NCBI GenBank assembly: GCA_052327205.1
Contig: CM126211.1
Location: 25,854,001 to 25,918,000, forward strand
Length of the DNA: 64,000 nucleotides
Reading direction: 5' to 3'
From: Somniosus microcephalus
Lineage: Eukaryota
Shown: positions 26,501-41,500 of the stretch, piece after piece
Position numbering within the stretch: position 1 is the first letter of the stretch
How the letters are laid out: the number at the start of each line of letters is the position of its first letter
Notes under the pieces: generated by a model
The model's database searches: none
Seen by the model: only the letters and a program-made list of their open reading frames with translations
What the model was told of the DNA's origin: nothing
Program-made: the position numbers and the translations under genes

Positions 26501-29500
26501 TAACTACTGTTTGGGGGCCTATAAACAACTCCCACCAATGTTTTCTGCCCCTTGCTGTTTCCTAGCTCCACCTAAACTGATTCTACTTCTTGATTTTCAG
26601 AGCTAAGATCCTTTCTCTCTACTGTCTTTATCCCATCCTTTATCAGGGCTACACCTCCTCCTTTTCTGTTTTGCCTATCTCTTCTAAAAGGTAAGTATCC
26701 TGGAATATTTAGTTCCCAACCTTGGCCACTTTGCAACTATGTCTCCGTTTTGGCTTTTAGAGCAAACTTGTTACTTTCTATCTGCGCTATTAATTCATCT
26801 ATTTTGTTGCGAATGCTTCACGCATTCAGATATAGTGCCTTTAGCTTTGACTTATTCTATTTTTCCCCTGATGCCCTATTACCTTTGTTACGCTCTGTCC
26901 CTTCCTGACCCACTCTGCTTCGTTTTACCCAAAACTCTGCTCTAGAGCCTTGACATTTCTCTTGCTGCTTTTAAATTTACTCTTTCCTGAAGCCTCCCAC
27001 CTCACCTTCATTAGTTTAAAGCTCTGTCTACTGCCTAGTTATTCGGTTCGCCAGGACACTGGTCCCAGGGAACATAGCAGGCACATGGGATTAGAACTAC
27101 TGCCCGTGTGAAAGAAAAACACAACCAGCTGGGTCGATCTGTCTGTCCCCTGTTGTCATTTCTATGTAATTTGGGTACGAGTACAGATTTAAAAATCGAA
27201 TTGTAAAAAGTGTGAAAGTGTGCAAGACTGCATCAACAATTTTACTATGGGTTAGTACCTGTGATCAATTCATTTTGGATATCAGTACATGAACTAGTAC
27301 TAGTCTCCTGGTGCTATTTCAAATAATTCAAGGGAATCAAGTCACCGGTTATAAACTGGTTTGGTCAATGAAAACTTCACTTTAAATGTAGATTGCACAT
27401 ATACCTTGCAGCACAGTCATATGCCAGGACATCAGTTTCTGCCAGCAGGTCACCATCAGTTTCATGATCTCCTCCATCAGGACCCAGCTCAAACAACTAG
27501 TAAAAAAAAAAAATTCCAGTAATGTCAAAGTATACTTTATATTTTCAATTTAGGTTGTTGTATTCCTCTTTTTTTTTTAAAAAAAAGCAAGCACCATACC
27601 ATCAGTGCGGCTTCTATGTTAAACCACCAAGTGGCATGCTTGAACGAACCATAAATCAGACCCAATTTTCTTTCATTTCCTTAGATAACTCAGCAAAATC
27701 CAAATTGCCCCCAGGGTATCAGAAGGGATGCCTTCTGCTGTTGTACAAGCTGTACTTGTACTAGTCCAGTACTCGTACCATCTGTCCCCAATTTGTACAG
27801 TTACTATCCTTTTAATAGGAATTTAGGACTACCTGCTGCTGACATAAAGCAAGAATAGATCATGCTTGAATTGCATTTAATTTGGTTACAAAGAAATATG
27901 AACTTTTATTAATACAAAAGCAAAATACTGCGGATGCTGGAAATCTGAAATAAAAACAGAAAATGCTGGAAACACTCAGCAGGTCAGGCAGCATCTGTGG
28001 AGAGAGAAACAGAGTTAACGTTTCAGGTCGATGGCCCTTTGTCAGAACTGGATTAGGCACTTTACAGCCTCCTGGACTCAACATCGAGTTCAACAATTTC
28101 AGACCATAACCTCGGCCCCTATCTTTTTTCCTCTCTCCCACATGGCAGCTGTCTTTCATTCTGCCAGTGCCATTTACACTTCATCTAGAGCCATCTTTTG
28201 TTTCTTAACTTATCCCATTACCATCTCCTTTTGCCTTGCACCATCATCTCTTTTGTCTCGTAATCTCTCCTGCCTTCCATCCTATCACAGACCTTCTCCC
28301 TTTCCCTACCCCTGCACTTGCTTAAAAACCTGTTCCATCTCTAACTTTTTCCAGTTCTGACGAAGGGTCACAGACCTGAAACGTTAACTCTGTTTCTCTC
28401 TCCACAGATGCTGCCTGACCTGCTGAGTATTTCCAGCATTTTCTGTTTCTATTTTTGAACTTTTATTAGTTGCTTTGCTAGTTAACTCACCTTTATTTTT
28501 GCTGTGTATTCACCTCTCCCACCAAACAGGCCAAGACCTCCAAGTAGTATGTCTGTATCTGCACAAAAGCGAATGGCTTCCACAGAATGAGCAGAATACC
28601 CCCAGCCACCTCCATGGCCTAAACGTTAATAGCAGATACAAATATAGTTAATGCAAATTGCTTGTCAGAAGCTAAAACAAAAATAAAAGGTAAATGTATT
28701 TATAGATATATAAAAACCTACTTTCAAATCGATTAACCACACTATAGTCTTCTTTGGAATATACTTTAGTAACTGCTTGTATCTCCTCCTCTGTATTAGT
28801 GACTCCCATTTTCAGGTCCTGCATAACAGCCAATGTGTCCAAACAACCTGTTTTAATATTTGAAAAGAATTATTCAGGAAAATAAATACTTCACACTTTG
28901 CACCCACTGACAGTATTGGACTAAGGAATTTAGTTCAGATGATACATAATTATTGTTTACTATATTTTTACTTCCTCCTCCCAAAAAAATACACAATTAG
29001 GACATGTCCATTCATAACAATCCTAAACTAAGTAATCATAAGTTGTGGGACTTTACAAAAGCTGAATGCTCAAATATTAATGGTATGGCCCAATTTCACT
29101 GAATGAACATGTTAAAAAAAACTGGAGATCAAAAATATATTAACTGCAATGTAAGAAATGTCAGCATTACTCAAGAGTGATGTGCAAATTAAAAGGTGCC
29201 ATGATCTTCATTTCATGAAAAGTTAGTTCAGTAATCACTTACATATGCCAAATGATATCCGAGGTCAACTACTGTTGTGCAAGTTAAAAATCCTAAACAA
29301 ACACTTTCATAAGCACTGGTGTTCGTTACATTAACTACAAACTTTGAATATACATTCATTGAGTACTTTAATCGCTATAAAAGCAGATAAAAAGTGACAA
29401 CTCACTACTACACTGCAAAAAACAAACTGTGGCACCTATATGTACACAGCAACCATGAATGGTTACTTATTTTCTTATATCAGAGGGTCAAACTTTACTT

Positions 29501-32500
29501 AGAATAGACAATCTAGTGTCACAGGAGCATAACAGTGTTTTGAGGACATGGCGATTACTCAATGGAGCAGGACACGAAGGATTTGAAAATTAGAATTTCA
29601 GGATCCTGAAGTTGATTTCACTCGGCAGCGGGAGCAGTGAAGCTTATTGGGAATGGAAGATGATGGATGTGCAGGGGATAGATGGTGAAGTTCTGAACAA
29701 ATTAGGAGTCTGTGGCTGGTGAGGAGAGGGTTAAGAAGTCAATCCTCAAGGTTCAAAAGTATGGATTATGGTTTAGGCAGCCATAAGAGGGATTTCGAGG
29801 CATACACAGTAATGATCTGAAGAAAGGCAAGACTCTTAACAAATGAACCTAATATGGGTTAGTAAGCTCAGGGTCAAACATGACACCGAGGATGTAACTA
29901 GGGAGATCTGATGGAAGTCTAGATTAAAAAGGGACATAGGCACTAGCAGGAACTGGAGAGAATGGCCTTGATTTTGAAGTGAAGGAAATTCTGACTCATC
30001 CAGGGCTTGAAGTTATATAGGCAGTCAGAAAATATTGCAACAGTTTTGGAATTGATTGTAGAAATGGAAGGTAGAATGGGACACCGTCACCATATTTGTG
30101 GATGCCGACACTTCGCTTCTAAATGATGACACGGGGGAATGGGGTTAGGTGTACCGTGTTAAGTGAAGAAGAGGAGACCAAGGACGGAGCCCTGAAGAAT
30201 GGTCACTTGCACGAGGTACTGAAGTGCTATTACTGCATGCAAACTGTATTCCAACGTAAGCCAACGTAGTTACAAGAGCATGGGAGAAAATTTAGAAATT
30301 AAAAAGCAATCCCCTGAACATCCATGGAGAACGCAATTTTAATACTCAGTACCTTCCGAAAATTGTTGCTGCAAGTCTGGCTAACAAATTCAATACAAAA
30401 ATCAACTGATAGCTACCGAAGATACTGGTAGAATTCCAATACGGCGTCAGCTAGTTTATTATAATGATGAATCGCGCACTCATTACTATTTTTTGCATCA
30501 ACACCCCGACACATCAAGGTTGTACATAACCATACCCAACAATCTCACTGGTATCTGCGCGCCCCTAATTCTTGCCTCTTCAATGTTCTTGATTTTAATC
30601 ACTCAACCATTGGTGGTCATGCCTTCAGCTGCCTAGGCCCTAAGCTCTGGCATTCCCTCCCTAAACCTCTCTTTCCACCTTTAAGATGCTTCTTAAAGTC
30701 TACCTCTTTGACCAAGCTTGGTGTCAAATTTTGTTTTGGAACACTTCTGTGAAGCGCCTTGGGTCGTTTTACTATGTTAAAGGTGCTATATAAATACAAG
30801 TTGTTGTTTTTGTTGGTGCTTAAGCATGAACGCAACTTTGCAAAAACTTCTGAATGAATACTGCATCTCGCTGCAGAGCTTCAGGATTAACATATGCACA
30901 TAATAATTATCCAAGTAGCCATACCTAGAATGTGCAAAACCCCATGAGACCTGGTGGTATTTGCTTTAGATCCTGTTGGTAGAGCAAGTTCAGGACTCAG
31001 TATACTGCATCTACTGTGCATATCTGATGCTGCAGGAAGCCTGGCATCTGCTGTAACCGCATTGTAACACCAAACTTCTTTTGTACCTGGTATGAACCTG
31101 GAGAGAAAGAAGAACCTGTCAATTTTACAACTGTTGGGATTTTAAGAGTATTGGCTTATGAATTTAATGACTAAAGGTGACCCAAATTTTGCTCATCACA
31201 TGCCCCATTTCTCTTTTTTTTTAAGATAGCAAACCAGAAATAGTGTTACACTTAGGAACAGGTGTAGGCCATTCAGCCCCTCAAGCCTGTTCCGCCATTC
31301 AATTAGATCTGTACCTCAACTCCATTTACCCACTGTAATGAAATGTGTTTGGCTTGCCTGTATTCGTTTTGCACTCATGTATATTACCCTCCCCCACACG
31401 GTGTATAGTTTCACTTCCTCTTTCCTGACTAACCTGGAATGTTCCAGGTCTTGGCTCTTGGCTCCACCCCTGACTTCTCTTACATAAAGATCCCAGGATC
31501 TTTATGACTCATTCCTGCGAGCCAGTCAGTGTGTTGAGATGTTAGCTCTGATCTTAGTGATTAAAAGCCAACTTGTTAAAGTTTATAACTTCTAGTTTTG
31601 TGGTTATTGAAGGCACATCACCCACCGTTGTTCCATATCCCTGGATACCCTTGCTGAACAAAAATTTATCAAAATGGGTCATTAAAATTGTAATTAACCC
31701 AACATCCACAGCCTGCGGAGAGAGGAGAGCAGAGTGGAGAGATCCAATTACCCTTACTACAGGGTTGGCATTTCAAGCATAAAGCAGAGGTATTCAGACA
31801 TCAGTCATAAAATTTGGGAATGTGTCAATTTGGGTATTTGAAATGCAACTATAGTGAATTCTCTTCATGCACTTAAAACATCTGATAAGACTAAACTTGC
31901 TATACTATTTGATTTTTTAAAAAATAAAACAAATTAAGGACTGCATAAAATGTGGATGCCCAACATGGGTTCTGAAGATTCAGATAACAGCTCTCATCTA
32001 GCCTACTAAAATCAGGAAACAAAAACCTCAAATGAAAATAAGGGAGCATAATGGGTGACAAAGGCCAACAAGCAATAGTTATTAATACCAAGCATTGAGG
32101 GGAAAAAAACAAAAGCAGAGTTTGGCTATGGATTTCAGCAAGAAAGTTTGATGGAAGACATTGTTTAAACAGAGGCTAATGATTCATTGTCCAGTCTTGT
32201 GGTCATCATAGGAATGTTGAACTTAAATTCAAAGCAAAGGAACAAATCGTATTCCCATAAGAGCACTCCTAAATAATAGGAGCCAGCCTCTCTCAATCAT
32301 TTAACAGGGTGCTTAGTTCTGTGTTTTCTCCACTTGTAAGAGTAGAAGAACTGAAGGAAAATGGAAAAATCACCTTTAATGTGGTAGAAAATGAAAGCTC
32401 AGGGATTCTCCAGCTGCACAAGAGCCTCCAATTAGCACCAACATAGCTATGGCAGCATAGCCGGTGTACTCCTTCCATGCAGCAATCTGGGGTAAAATGT

Positions 32501-35500
32501 CTTAAAAAAGTTTCTAAGCCATGCCAGATGTTGATCCAATTGTAAACCATGGCCCGTAATTTGCGGCCCCTACGGGCGCGTACAAGGTACAAGAATCTTC
32601 TAGACAGGTCATCCACATCCCCAGGAAAAGGGCATCCGCAGGCAGAGTGTTCTACCTAGTGAATGCCCGAGAAATTCTGACGCCTGGTAAAAGCAGACCA
32701 GCTTTTACTAGCGTAAGCGTTTAAATGAACATAAAAATACATTTTTTTCAAACATTAAAAAAACCTGTGAAATAAAGTAGGTTTATTTTTAGCCCCTTTA
32801 AAACATGTAAATTTATTTTTCAAATTTTTTAATTTGTTTTAAATATTTAATTAAATGACATTTTAATTAATTTTAAATGTAATTTAAAAACATTTATTTG
32901 GTGTAGATATATTTTTGGAGGTATTCTCATTCATGCTTATGGGGTTCCCGTACACACGGAATCCCCATAAGCATGAGTGGAGATCCCCTTCTTTCATTCA
33001 TTGGGCTGGCCTACGTGATCCCAGGGTTGTTTGCAAACCGCCTACGCCCCTGGGCTACGTGGACCTCTACCCACGGGTACCCGGAGAGGCCCAGGACCGC
33101 GAGTCTCCGTACCTCCTGGACCACCAGGGAGGCAGGCATTTTATTTGCGGATCGGAGGCATTTCTCCGCAGGAAGCCTCCGACCGCAAATTCAGGGATAA
33201 TGTTTTTTCCTACTGGGCTGGAGAATGCCCCACTGAATTTCAAGTGTAGATTTAATACATCAAGATTTATAGCTCTACAAATGAAATATTCAAACAAAAT
33301 CAATTATGTAGGCTGTGGGACTAGACCTTACCCTCTGTTACTGGGAATGTGCTTTGCACAAAAAGATCAAACTAACTGTTGTAATAGTATTGTACAGAAT
33401 CACTCTGAAGCTTGAACAATAGAAACTCAAGGCCTATTGTATTTAGTCCTACAGGTACACAGTGACAAGCAAATGAACTCATTTCCTTAACTGCATTTTA
33501 GACTCTTTGCAATAAACCTAAAGTAATCTTTTTTATAACATATGCTGCTGAATAAACTGCATGCAGATAGCACAATAAATGTACAAACCTATAGTTTAAG
33601 AGTTAGTCATCATGCTTTTCAATATTCAAATTCAATAGAACTGAAAACGAAAATATCAAGGCAACCTTAACATTTTCCCCACAATCTTTTCAATGGTGAA
33701 TTGGATTTCAGTGCATATTTTCACACGCAACTGTAGGAAACAAACTTGAATATACAAGGCTCAGTAAACACAGCAACATGTTAATATGGAGTAAAGTATT
33801 TGAGACATCTGAAGATCCCCAAGATAATAAACAGTATACTGTACCAAACTTAGTTCCTTAAATACCCATTTTTCAGATTTCCGCAAGTTTACATGAGCAT
33901 CTCATATCTGACTATGTCTACAAGTTTAAAATCCAAAAATGATGGAAAATTACATTACAGCTTTGTGCTCACAAGTTCTATTGCAGGGAAATATTGCAAC
34001 ATTACCTCCAAATTACATCATATACAGGATCCAAGCAAACTCCAAATCCTCTTAAGTCTTCCTGTTCTGAATCATTAAATGTCCTGCAGCTTCCGTCCAC
34101 CTTATTGATTAACAGGCATTTAAAGGGCGGTGGTTCAGTTATGGATGCAGGAACCAAACCTGTATGAACAAACACCATAGATCAGACTTCCACAAGACAT
34201 TTAGCCATACCATTACAGCTCTTCAAAAGTGTCCAGATTTGTAATAAAACTGGAAATCAAGAGCTCACCCCTATTTGCCCCTCCTCTCCAGCAACTTATC
34301 CTAGATCTTAGTTCCTAGTCTACATTGCTCAAAACAGCACACTGTACAGTGAATTTACCTCTGCAATATCAAGAAAGCCAATCTAGCTCTACTTAAAATT
34401 GAGTTATTTTGCTTTGTGGTATATTATTCAGGTTGCATTTTGATAAAATCTACATTTTAAAACTTTGGCTTCAATTTGCAACGAGCGCCTGATTTCTGTT
34501 AAGTTTTAAAAATTCACAGCACAATTGAGTACCAAAGTGAAAAATCTGTCTTGCCTATAATGCTTCTGCTGGCAAAGATTTCTGAAGTTGATAAAACATG
34601 CGAGTTGATAAGTGCTTCATCAATGCGTAGGAAGGTCTGGTCTCCACTTGCACCTATCCAGGTAGCCTTTCGACCATACTTTGAGCCTATGTTTGGCATA
34701 GGAGATGGTTTTGTGTTCCAGAAAGGCACATCCAAAATTGGTCTACCAAGTTGCCCTTTCTACAAGGGAAAGGAAAGATCTTAAAAATGTCACAGTTTCA
34801 CTTCCACTAGTATGAACTTAATTAACAAACTGCATTTAACAGCCCAAGGTGCTTCACAGAAAAACAAATAATAAAATAAATAGACACCAAGCCACAGAAG
34901 GAGATACAAGGAGGAGCGATGAAAAACTTGGTTAAAGAGGTGAGTTTTAAGGAGGTTGATAAAAGTAGGAGAGGGAGATGGAGAAAGAGTGAGGTTTAGG
35001 GAGAGAATTGTAGCGCGTAGGGCCCAGGCGGCAGAAGCCACCGCTGCCAATGGTCGGGAGAGTGATGTACGAGAGGCTGGAGTCAGATACAGAGAACTTT
35101 TTTTTGGGGGGGGTGGGGCGGGAGAGATTTGCACTGAAGATTACAAAAAGGTAGGGGACGAGACAAGGCCATGGAAGAATTTAATCATGTGGATGAGAAT
35201 TTTAAATTTGAGACACTGAGGAAACCAGGACCCAATGTAGGTCAGCGAGGAGGATGGGAGGACAGCCAGAAAAGCATTATAATAATTGAGTCTGGAGATG
35301 ATAAAAGCATGAAAAGGTGTTTCAGCAGTGGATGGGCTGGGTGGGAAATGTTATGGAGGGTGAAATAGGCAGTCTTTGTATTGGAGAGAATATGGGATCA
35401 GAAACTCAATTCAGGACTGAATAGAGCATAGAGGTTGAGAACAATCTGGTGCAATCATCACTTAATACATTCAAAAGGTCTACATTTCATTTCAACTGAA

Positions 35501-38500
35501 ATTATTTTGGGGCCAATTTTATGCTCAATAAGGTGAGGGACACTAAGGAACAAAACACTTTTCACAGAGGAGTCCCAAGTAATTTAGCAGGAAAGGATAT
35601 AACTCACAAGCCACAGTTGTGACTCAGCAATTACATCTTCATCTTGAAAACTAATAATCTTGTACTAAATGATTAGGATCATTACACAAGAAAAAAAGTG
35701 AATTAAATGGTGTGCAGGCTGCTGTCATAATGACAGACTGCATTTGAAAATAGTGAGGAAATACATCTTCAAAAAATTCTCTGTTACATTTATTCCATAT
35801 AATCTACAGTCTGATGTTGTAAAGCAGAGATTTATCATGGCTTCTGAAGCACTCTGCTTTGCTTCTGTTGTTATATTGCATGTAAAATGTTTTATATCAA
35901 TACAATTAACTTGTATAAATCCTGATTTATTGAAACATTACTTAAAATAGCAAGCAAATCCTAAAAAATAATTCTTACAGAGAAGCTTCCAAATGTGAAG
36001 ACTTGTCCATCTGCTAACAGTAGAGCTGTGTGGTTACTGCCTGCAGTTACTTGGGTGCAAGGAGCTGGTAAGGCCTGTACCAATGTGGGTGCCCCTCTGA
36101 AACAAAGAAAATATTTAGCAAGGTAATGCAAAAAAAATACAAATGCAAAGTTTTCATTGTTTTACTTATTACCTTGAATTTACATCGCCATGTCCAAGCT
36201 GACCATGTTGTCCATATCCAAATGTGTACACATCACCATTCTCCATCAGAATCACTGTAGATTATTTGTAAAACATTAAAAACCTTGGAGTAATAATTTG
36301 AGTACCAGTAGCATATAAACATTTACTCCTCTGCAAAAAATGCAAATATATTGACTAGTGCAAGTCAAAATTTTACGCAACTGTCAATTTACAAACTTTT
36401 CGAATTACTGGAAATTACGAAAATTTTCCAGTCAAGTGTTGGAATAAAAAAAATGCTTGGCTCCTCTAAAAAGGTCAGTGAGTTTAGCCAGCAAATAGCT
36501 TGGTCATACAGCCCAAAAAGGGCACAAGTACAATGCTCAGTCTATCCCGAGATAGCTGGCCTCAGCTCAGGCAGTACTGAAGCCACAATTTACTAGTGTC
36601 CTTGTATTTTGGGGGTGGCCTGGGATGGAGAAAGAGGGGATAGGGGGATCAGGGAGGGAAAGAGGGAAGGAAATATTAGCAAGGTTTCCAACTCCCTATC
36701 ACAATCCAGCAGAAACTGCTGGTATTGTTTGTGTATGCATGGAGGTCAGGTGACGATAAGATGGACACCACTGCCGAGTCCTACCATCGAGAATTAGCCT
36801 TCTTACACGAAGCATCGAAGCTCAGATATGAATAATGACCACGTGGAAAGGGTACCAGAGGATGCCCAGAACCCATATCCCAGGGATTCAATGTCTTTAG
36901 GAGAGGAAGGTGTGTGGAGAAAAAAAAAACTGGAGAGAGAAATTTTAAAATTCCAAATAGTATTGTTTGAACAATATTTGAAATTCAAGTACCATAGCTT
37001 TCAAAGGGATAATTACTTCAGTTAATAAATAAGTTAGCTACTGTAATTACGGAATATGTCAAGACTAAAACAGATCAATAGCTGAACTTTGTTGTGGGTC
37101 TCAGGAATGTATATGAATTAATATTTTAGAAACACTGACGGGCACAATAACATCTTTCTCACTAATGTTGATTTAAATAGAATGTAAACTAAATGATCTT
37201 ATCTAAATATGATATAATTCAATTATTGTCCCTTAGGTCAACGAACAGGACTTTCCACTTTGCTGATACATTAACAGCTCCTGGTCCACTTCTCGATTCA
37301 TATAATGTTCACAGACCTATTCTCATAATTAATGAATGCTATTACCCAGAGTTGGATTTAAAAATGATGATCCAATACTTCTACATTTGGAACATGTTTT
37401 GGAACATTTTATAGAACAAATTATGCTCATGTGAGCTTTATGCTGACTTTTCTACACTCAGAATTACTAATAAACCACTCGATTTACAAATAGTAATGTG
37501 CAAGCAACAAGAACATAGTTCCCTTGGAGGATCACAATTCTTCCTAAAATTGTTCTGTGAATTCCACAAGAACCATATTGTTTTTAAACAAGTTTTCTTT
37601 AAAAAAAGTTATACAAGATGAGAGTATTGCAGCCTTTATGGGTTAACATGGACAACTTCCGAGTTGAAATAACCCTATTAATTAAAAATAAGTCTGAAAA
37701 TTGTTTTTTTGATTATGGGTGAACTATTTTAATAATCCAAAAGAAATGAAGTATGCCTACATACCTAGCATCAGACACCTTAGCTATAAAGAGAGCCTAC
37801 AGAAGCTTTGAGGGGAACTTATGGAGACATTCAAGATTCTTAATGAAACTGGGTCCTGAGAAACTGCTTGCCATGACCCAAGGAACAACAAGGGGCTGTG
37901 GGATCAAACTCAGAAAAGGGATGATGAAGAGACCGATCAAATATAACAATTTTTTTTTTTAATGGTGAATGTCTCGAATGGACTATCCAGGGAGTCAATT
38001 AGTAATTTTAAAGTGGGTTGGTCAGATATCTGGTGAGAAACGTAACCAAGGATACAACAGTGAACCGTGCATCATGTTTTTGAACATTGGGGTCAGGAAG
38101 ATGGACCAAAATGGTCTCTTCTGGTCCTGTACGTCCCTGTAACAAAAGTGACTGCACTTCAATGTGATTCATTGGATGTGAAGCACTTTCAGATTTCCTG
38201 AGAACGTGAAAGGCACTGTATAAAAGTTATTTTTAAAATGTCTACTTATTCAGCTCCCAACATAGTATGCGTACCGGAATGATGGAATCCACAGCTAACC
38301 TGGACTGCTTGGAGCTCATAGTCAAGACATACAGCACCTGGAGGGTATGTTGTAATCTTGCTGGTGTCCTTATCCCCCCTTTCTCCATTTGCATCTGAAA
38401 AGAAATTCCCAACCACAGTGATCCACAACATTGAAACTGAGAGAAAAATCAGCACAACAGTCAAGCCTTATATTTGTAGAAATTTCTTAACTATAACACA

Positions 38501-41500
38501 TGGCAACTTAGGTATCACCACAAAGCCAAAACACTCCTTTTGCAAACATTATGCAAATTTTGAAAATGCAGTCTTTGTACTTTTCCTATTAAACTGAAAT
38601 TGTGGGTGTGCATTATTTAGAGTCACGACCACACTATATCTGGATTTATTTCCTTTTTTGAAAAAAAAGCGTAGTTATGAAAACATACCAAAAATACAAT
38701 TTCGTATAATGTTTATACAATGTGAATACATCAAAATCTGCAGCTACTTGGACAGTCATAAATCATTTGACTTGCAGTGTGAAAGCCCGCCCGCCCCCCT
38801 AACTCAACCCAACCCCCAAGTGGGGACAAAAAAAAATAACCATTAGTGGAAAGGGCAGCAGATATATGCAAGTCTTCTTTTGGAATAATGTTCCTCTGGA
38901 GAAATATACAAATGAAGGGCTAATGATAGCTTAACTTAGACATCAGAATTATTATTATTTTTTTTTTTTTTTTTAAACACATCATTGGTATACTTGTCCT
39001 CATTCTTTAAAAGTTAAACCTCCACATCCATAGGGGGGGAATATACCAAGGTGTTTGTCCTCTAAGGAGGTCTCATCATGGGGGTCACTTGATCTTTCCT
39101 AGTCACATTTTCTTCTGGTCAGCTGGGTGCCCGACACATGCAGAAACCCAACATGTTTAAAAATCTAGAAACCAAGCTACTGAAAAATCGATACCTATTT
39201 TGAGGCCTTCTGTTTGCCCAATATGCAATGCACACACTACCTCTGTAGGGATACATCCTACTTACCCAAGTCCAGAAAGATGAGATGCTGTTGGCAAAGC
39301 TGAAGTTTCGAATTATGTAGAATGTTACAGCACAAAAATAGGCCATTCGGCCCAACTGGTCTATGCCAGCGTTTATGCTCCACACGAGCCTCTTCTCATC
39401 TGACTTTATCTCACCCTATCAGCATATCCTTCTACTCCTTTTTCCCTCATGTACTTATCCAGTTTCCTCTTAAATGCATCTATACTATTCACCTGAACCA
39501 CTTCATGTGGTAGCAAGTTCCAGATTCTAACCATTTTCTGGATAAAGAACTTTCTCCTGAATTCTCTATTTGAATTAGTAGCAGCTACCTTATATTTATA
39601 ACCCTAGTTTTAGACTCCTTCACAAGTGGAAACATTTTCTCTTATGTCTATATATTAGTCAATCTCAGTGAGTCGGAGGCTATACTGTTCTAGAACAGGG
39701 GTGTGAATGCCACATAACATGCAAATGCATTATCAGGGCCCCTGATCTGTAATGACTGAAGGTGAACGGTATTTTGGATTTTTTCCCACCTGGGGTTTTG
39801 GCGATCAAGCCTCATGACTGTCCATTTTACTATGGACCGAAGTAGAAACAGAGGTATTACTGGAGTTTAATCAGTTGGAACTTTACAGCTTACTAGAGCT
39901 GTTTCCTGCTGTCAAGGTGATGCTTTTGCTGAACATTACTACGCATAAGGTGGCTGCCTGGTAGTAGGTCTCGAGAGAGACCCTCACCATCGCTGAGACC
40001 GAGCTCCAACTTTCCCTGCCATAGAGTAACACAAGGGGATACACTCCACCACCCCATTTTCTACCTCAAGTAATGGGTTTCAGTAAAACCTTGCTCATAA
40101 GGAAAAAGATTTATGTTGAAGATCCTTGTACTTCATCTATAGGGAAGGCTGCTACCCTGTGCACATCAACTAATACTTTCAATTAAAGCAAGATGAGGTA
40201 GTGGACAAAACCTGGCACCATTATTTCCTGATGCAAGCAAAATGCAATCTGACAAAACCGATATATGGGGCTTGTGAGCACATGCCAGACAAGATAGGAT
40301 AGTCCACCATTAATAGATTCAGTTAATTTTCAGCATCAATAGAACTGTTTTGAGCAAAACTAATTTTCAAGAAGCCCCAACTTCCAAATGTTCTTTCATT
40401 TGCTTAGAACCAAGCTGAAGTCCTAAGCAGGAACAAACTAAAGGGACAAAAGGCCAAACTTTTAAATAACTTGTGTAAATCATTTCACCAGGAGATATTC
40501 TTCCAGGTAGTCAGTAGTGGTCCCTATGCCAGATCTAAGCTAGAATGAGGTCAGTACCAAGGGAGTGGAGTTTATGGATGGAGTCAAAAACAATGGCATA
40601 GATTATCTTGATGTTCAGTTGGGAGTAATTTTTTCCCCCATCCACTCATTAATCAAAGTAAGCCAGACCAAAGAACACAAATTAAAACTAGCATTAAGTA
40701 TATTTGAACTGCTAAAGTAAATTTGAACCAAAATGAGAAAAGATTACTCAAAAGATATGACATGTTCCTCCAAGTAACTGATTACATTCAAAGTAATTAA
40801 AGGGCATTTAAAATGATGGAGTCTAGGCTAGAAGAGTTAAGAGTACTAGAAGAACGAGCTCCCATGGCCAAATGGCCTTTTTTCAGCCTTGGCTTTCTCT
40901 GAATGCTTGGCTGTAAGCATCATATGGCAACCTTGAATGCACCACAATAATAGCCTTCACAACTAGGATATGAGGTAACAATGCACCTATATCCCCGATC
41001 GTGGTTAAGTCATACATGAATGGTTGTCAATTTGTCTGATCGGAGGGAGACAAGTCCGATTTGCTTCCGGTGACATCTAAACTATTCCTGCAGCTGGGGT
41101 GAGAGAGGGGTAAATAATCCCACGTGACCACCTTACTGAGGGAAAAAAAAAGACAAAGATGCCACAATTCTCTAATATCAAGAGAAGTCCAGCTTCAACA
41201 TTCTTCAGCCATGACCGCCTTCCAGTTTATGAAATAGTCCTTGTGCTGAGTTTCAGATTAAGTAATTTTCACAGTTCAAATCGCTGTGCAAAGGAAAACA
41301 GAAAAGATGGATGTAATTCAAGGCAGCCACTGGGAAGGATTCAGAATGTGGTGAAAACTTCAAAACTCAGTGCTGACATCAACTCATGGCCAAGGCAGGA
41401 TCTACTGGGGTTGGCCCGATTGGGTTAGGCTGAATTAAAGACTGCATTGATTAAAGACACAACTGTAGATTTAAGCTACAAATAAAAATGAAAAACTTGG

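Noticed and set aside
32915-33415. 166-aa ORF and overlapping ORFs as a novel gene
   Set aside because: They lie in the GC-rich arm of a MITE and run across its end; no recognisable domain.
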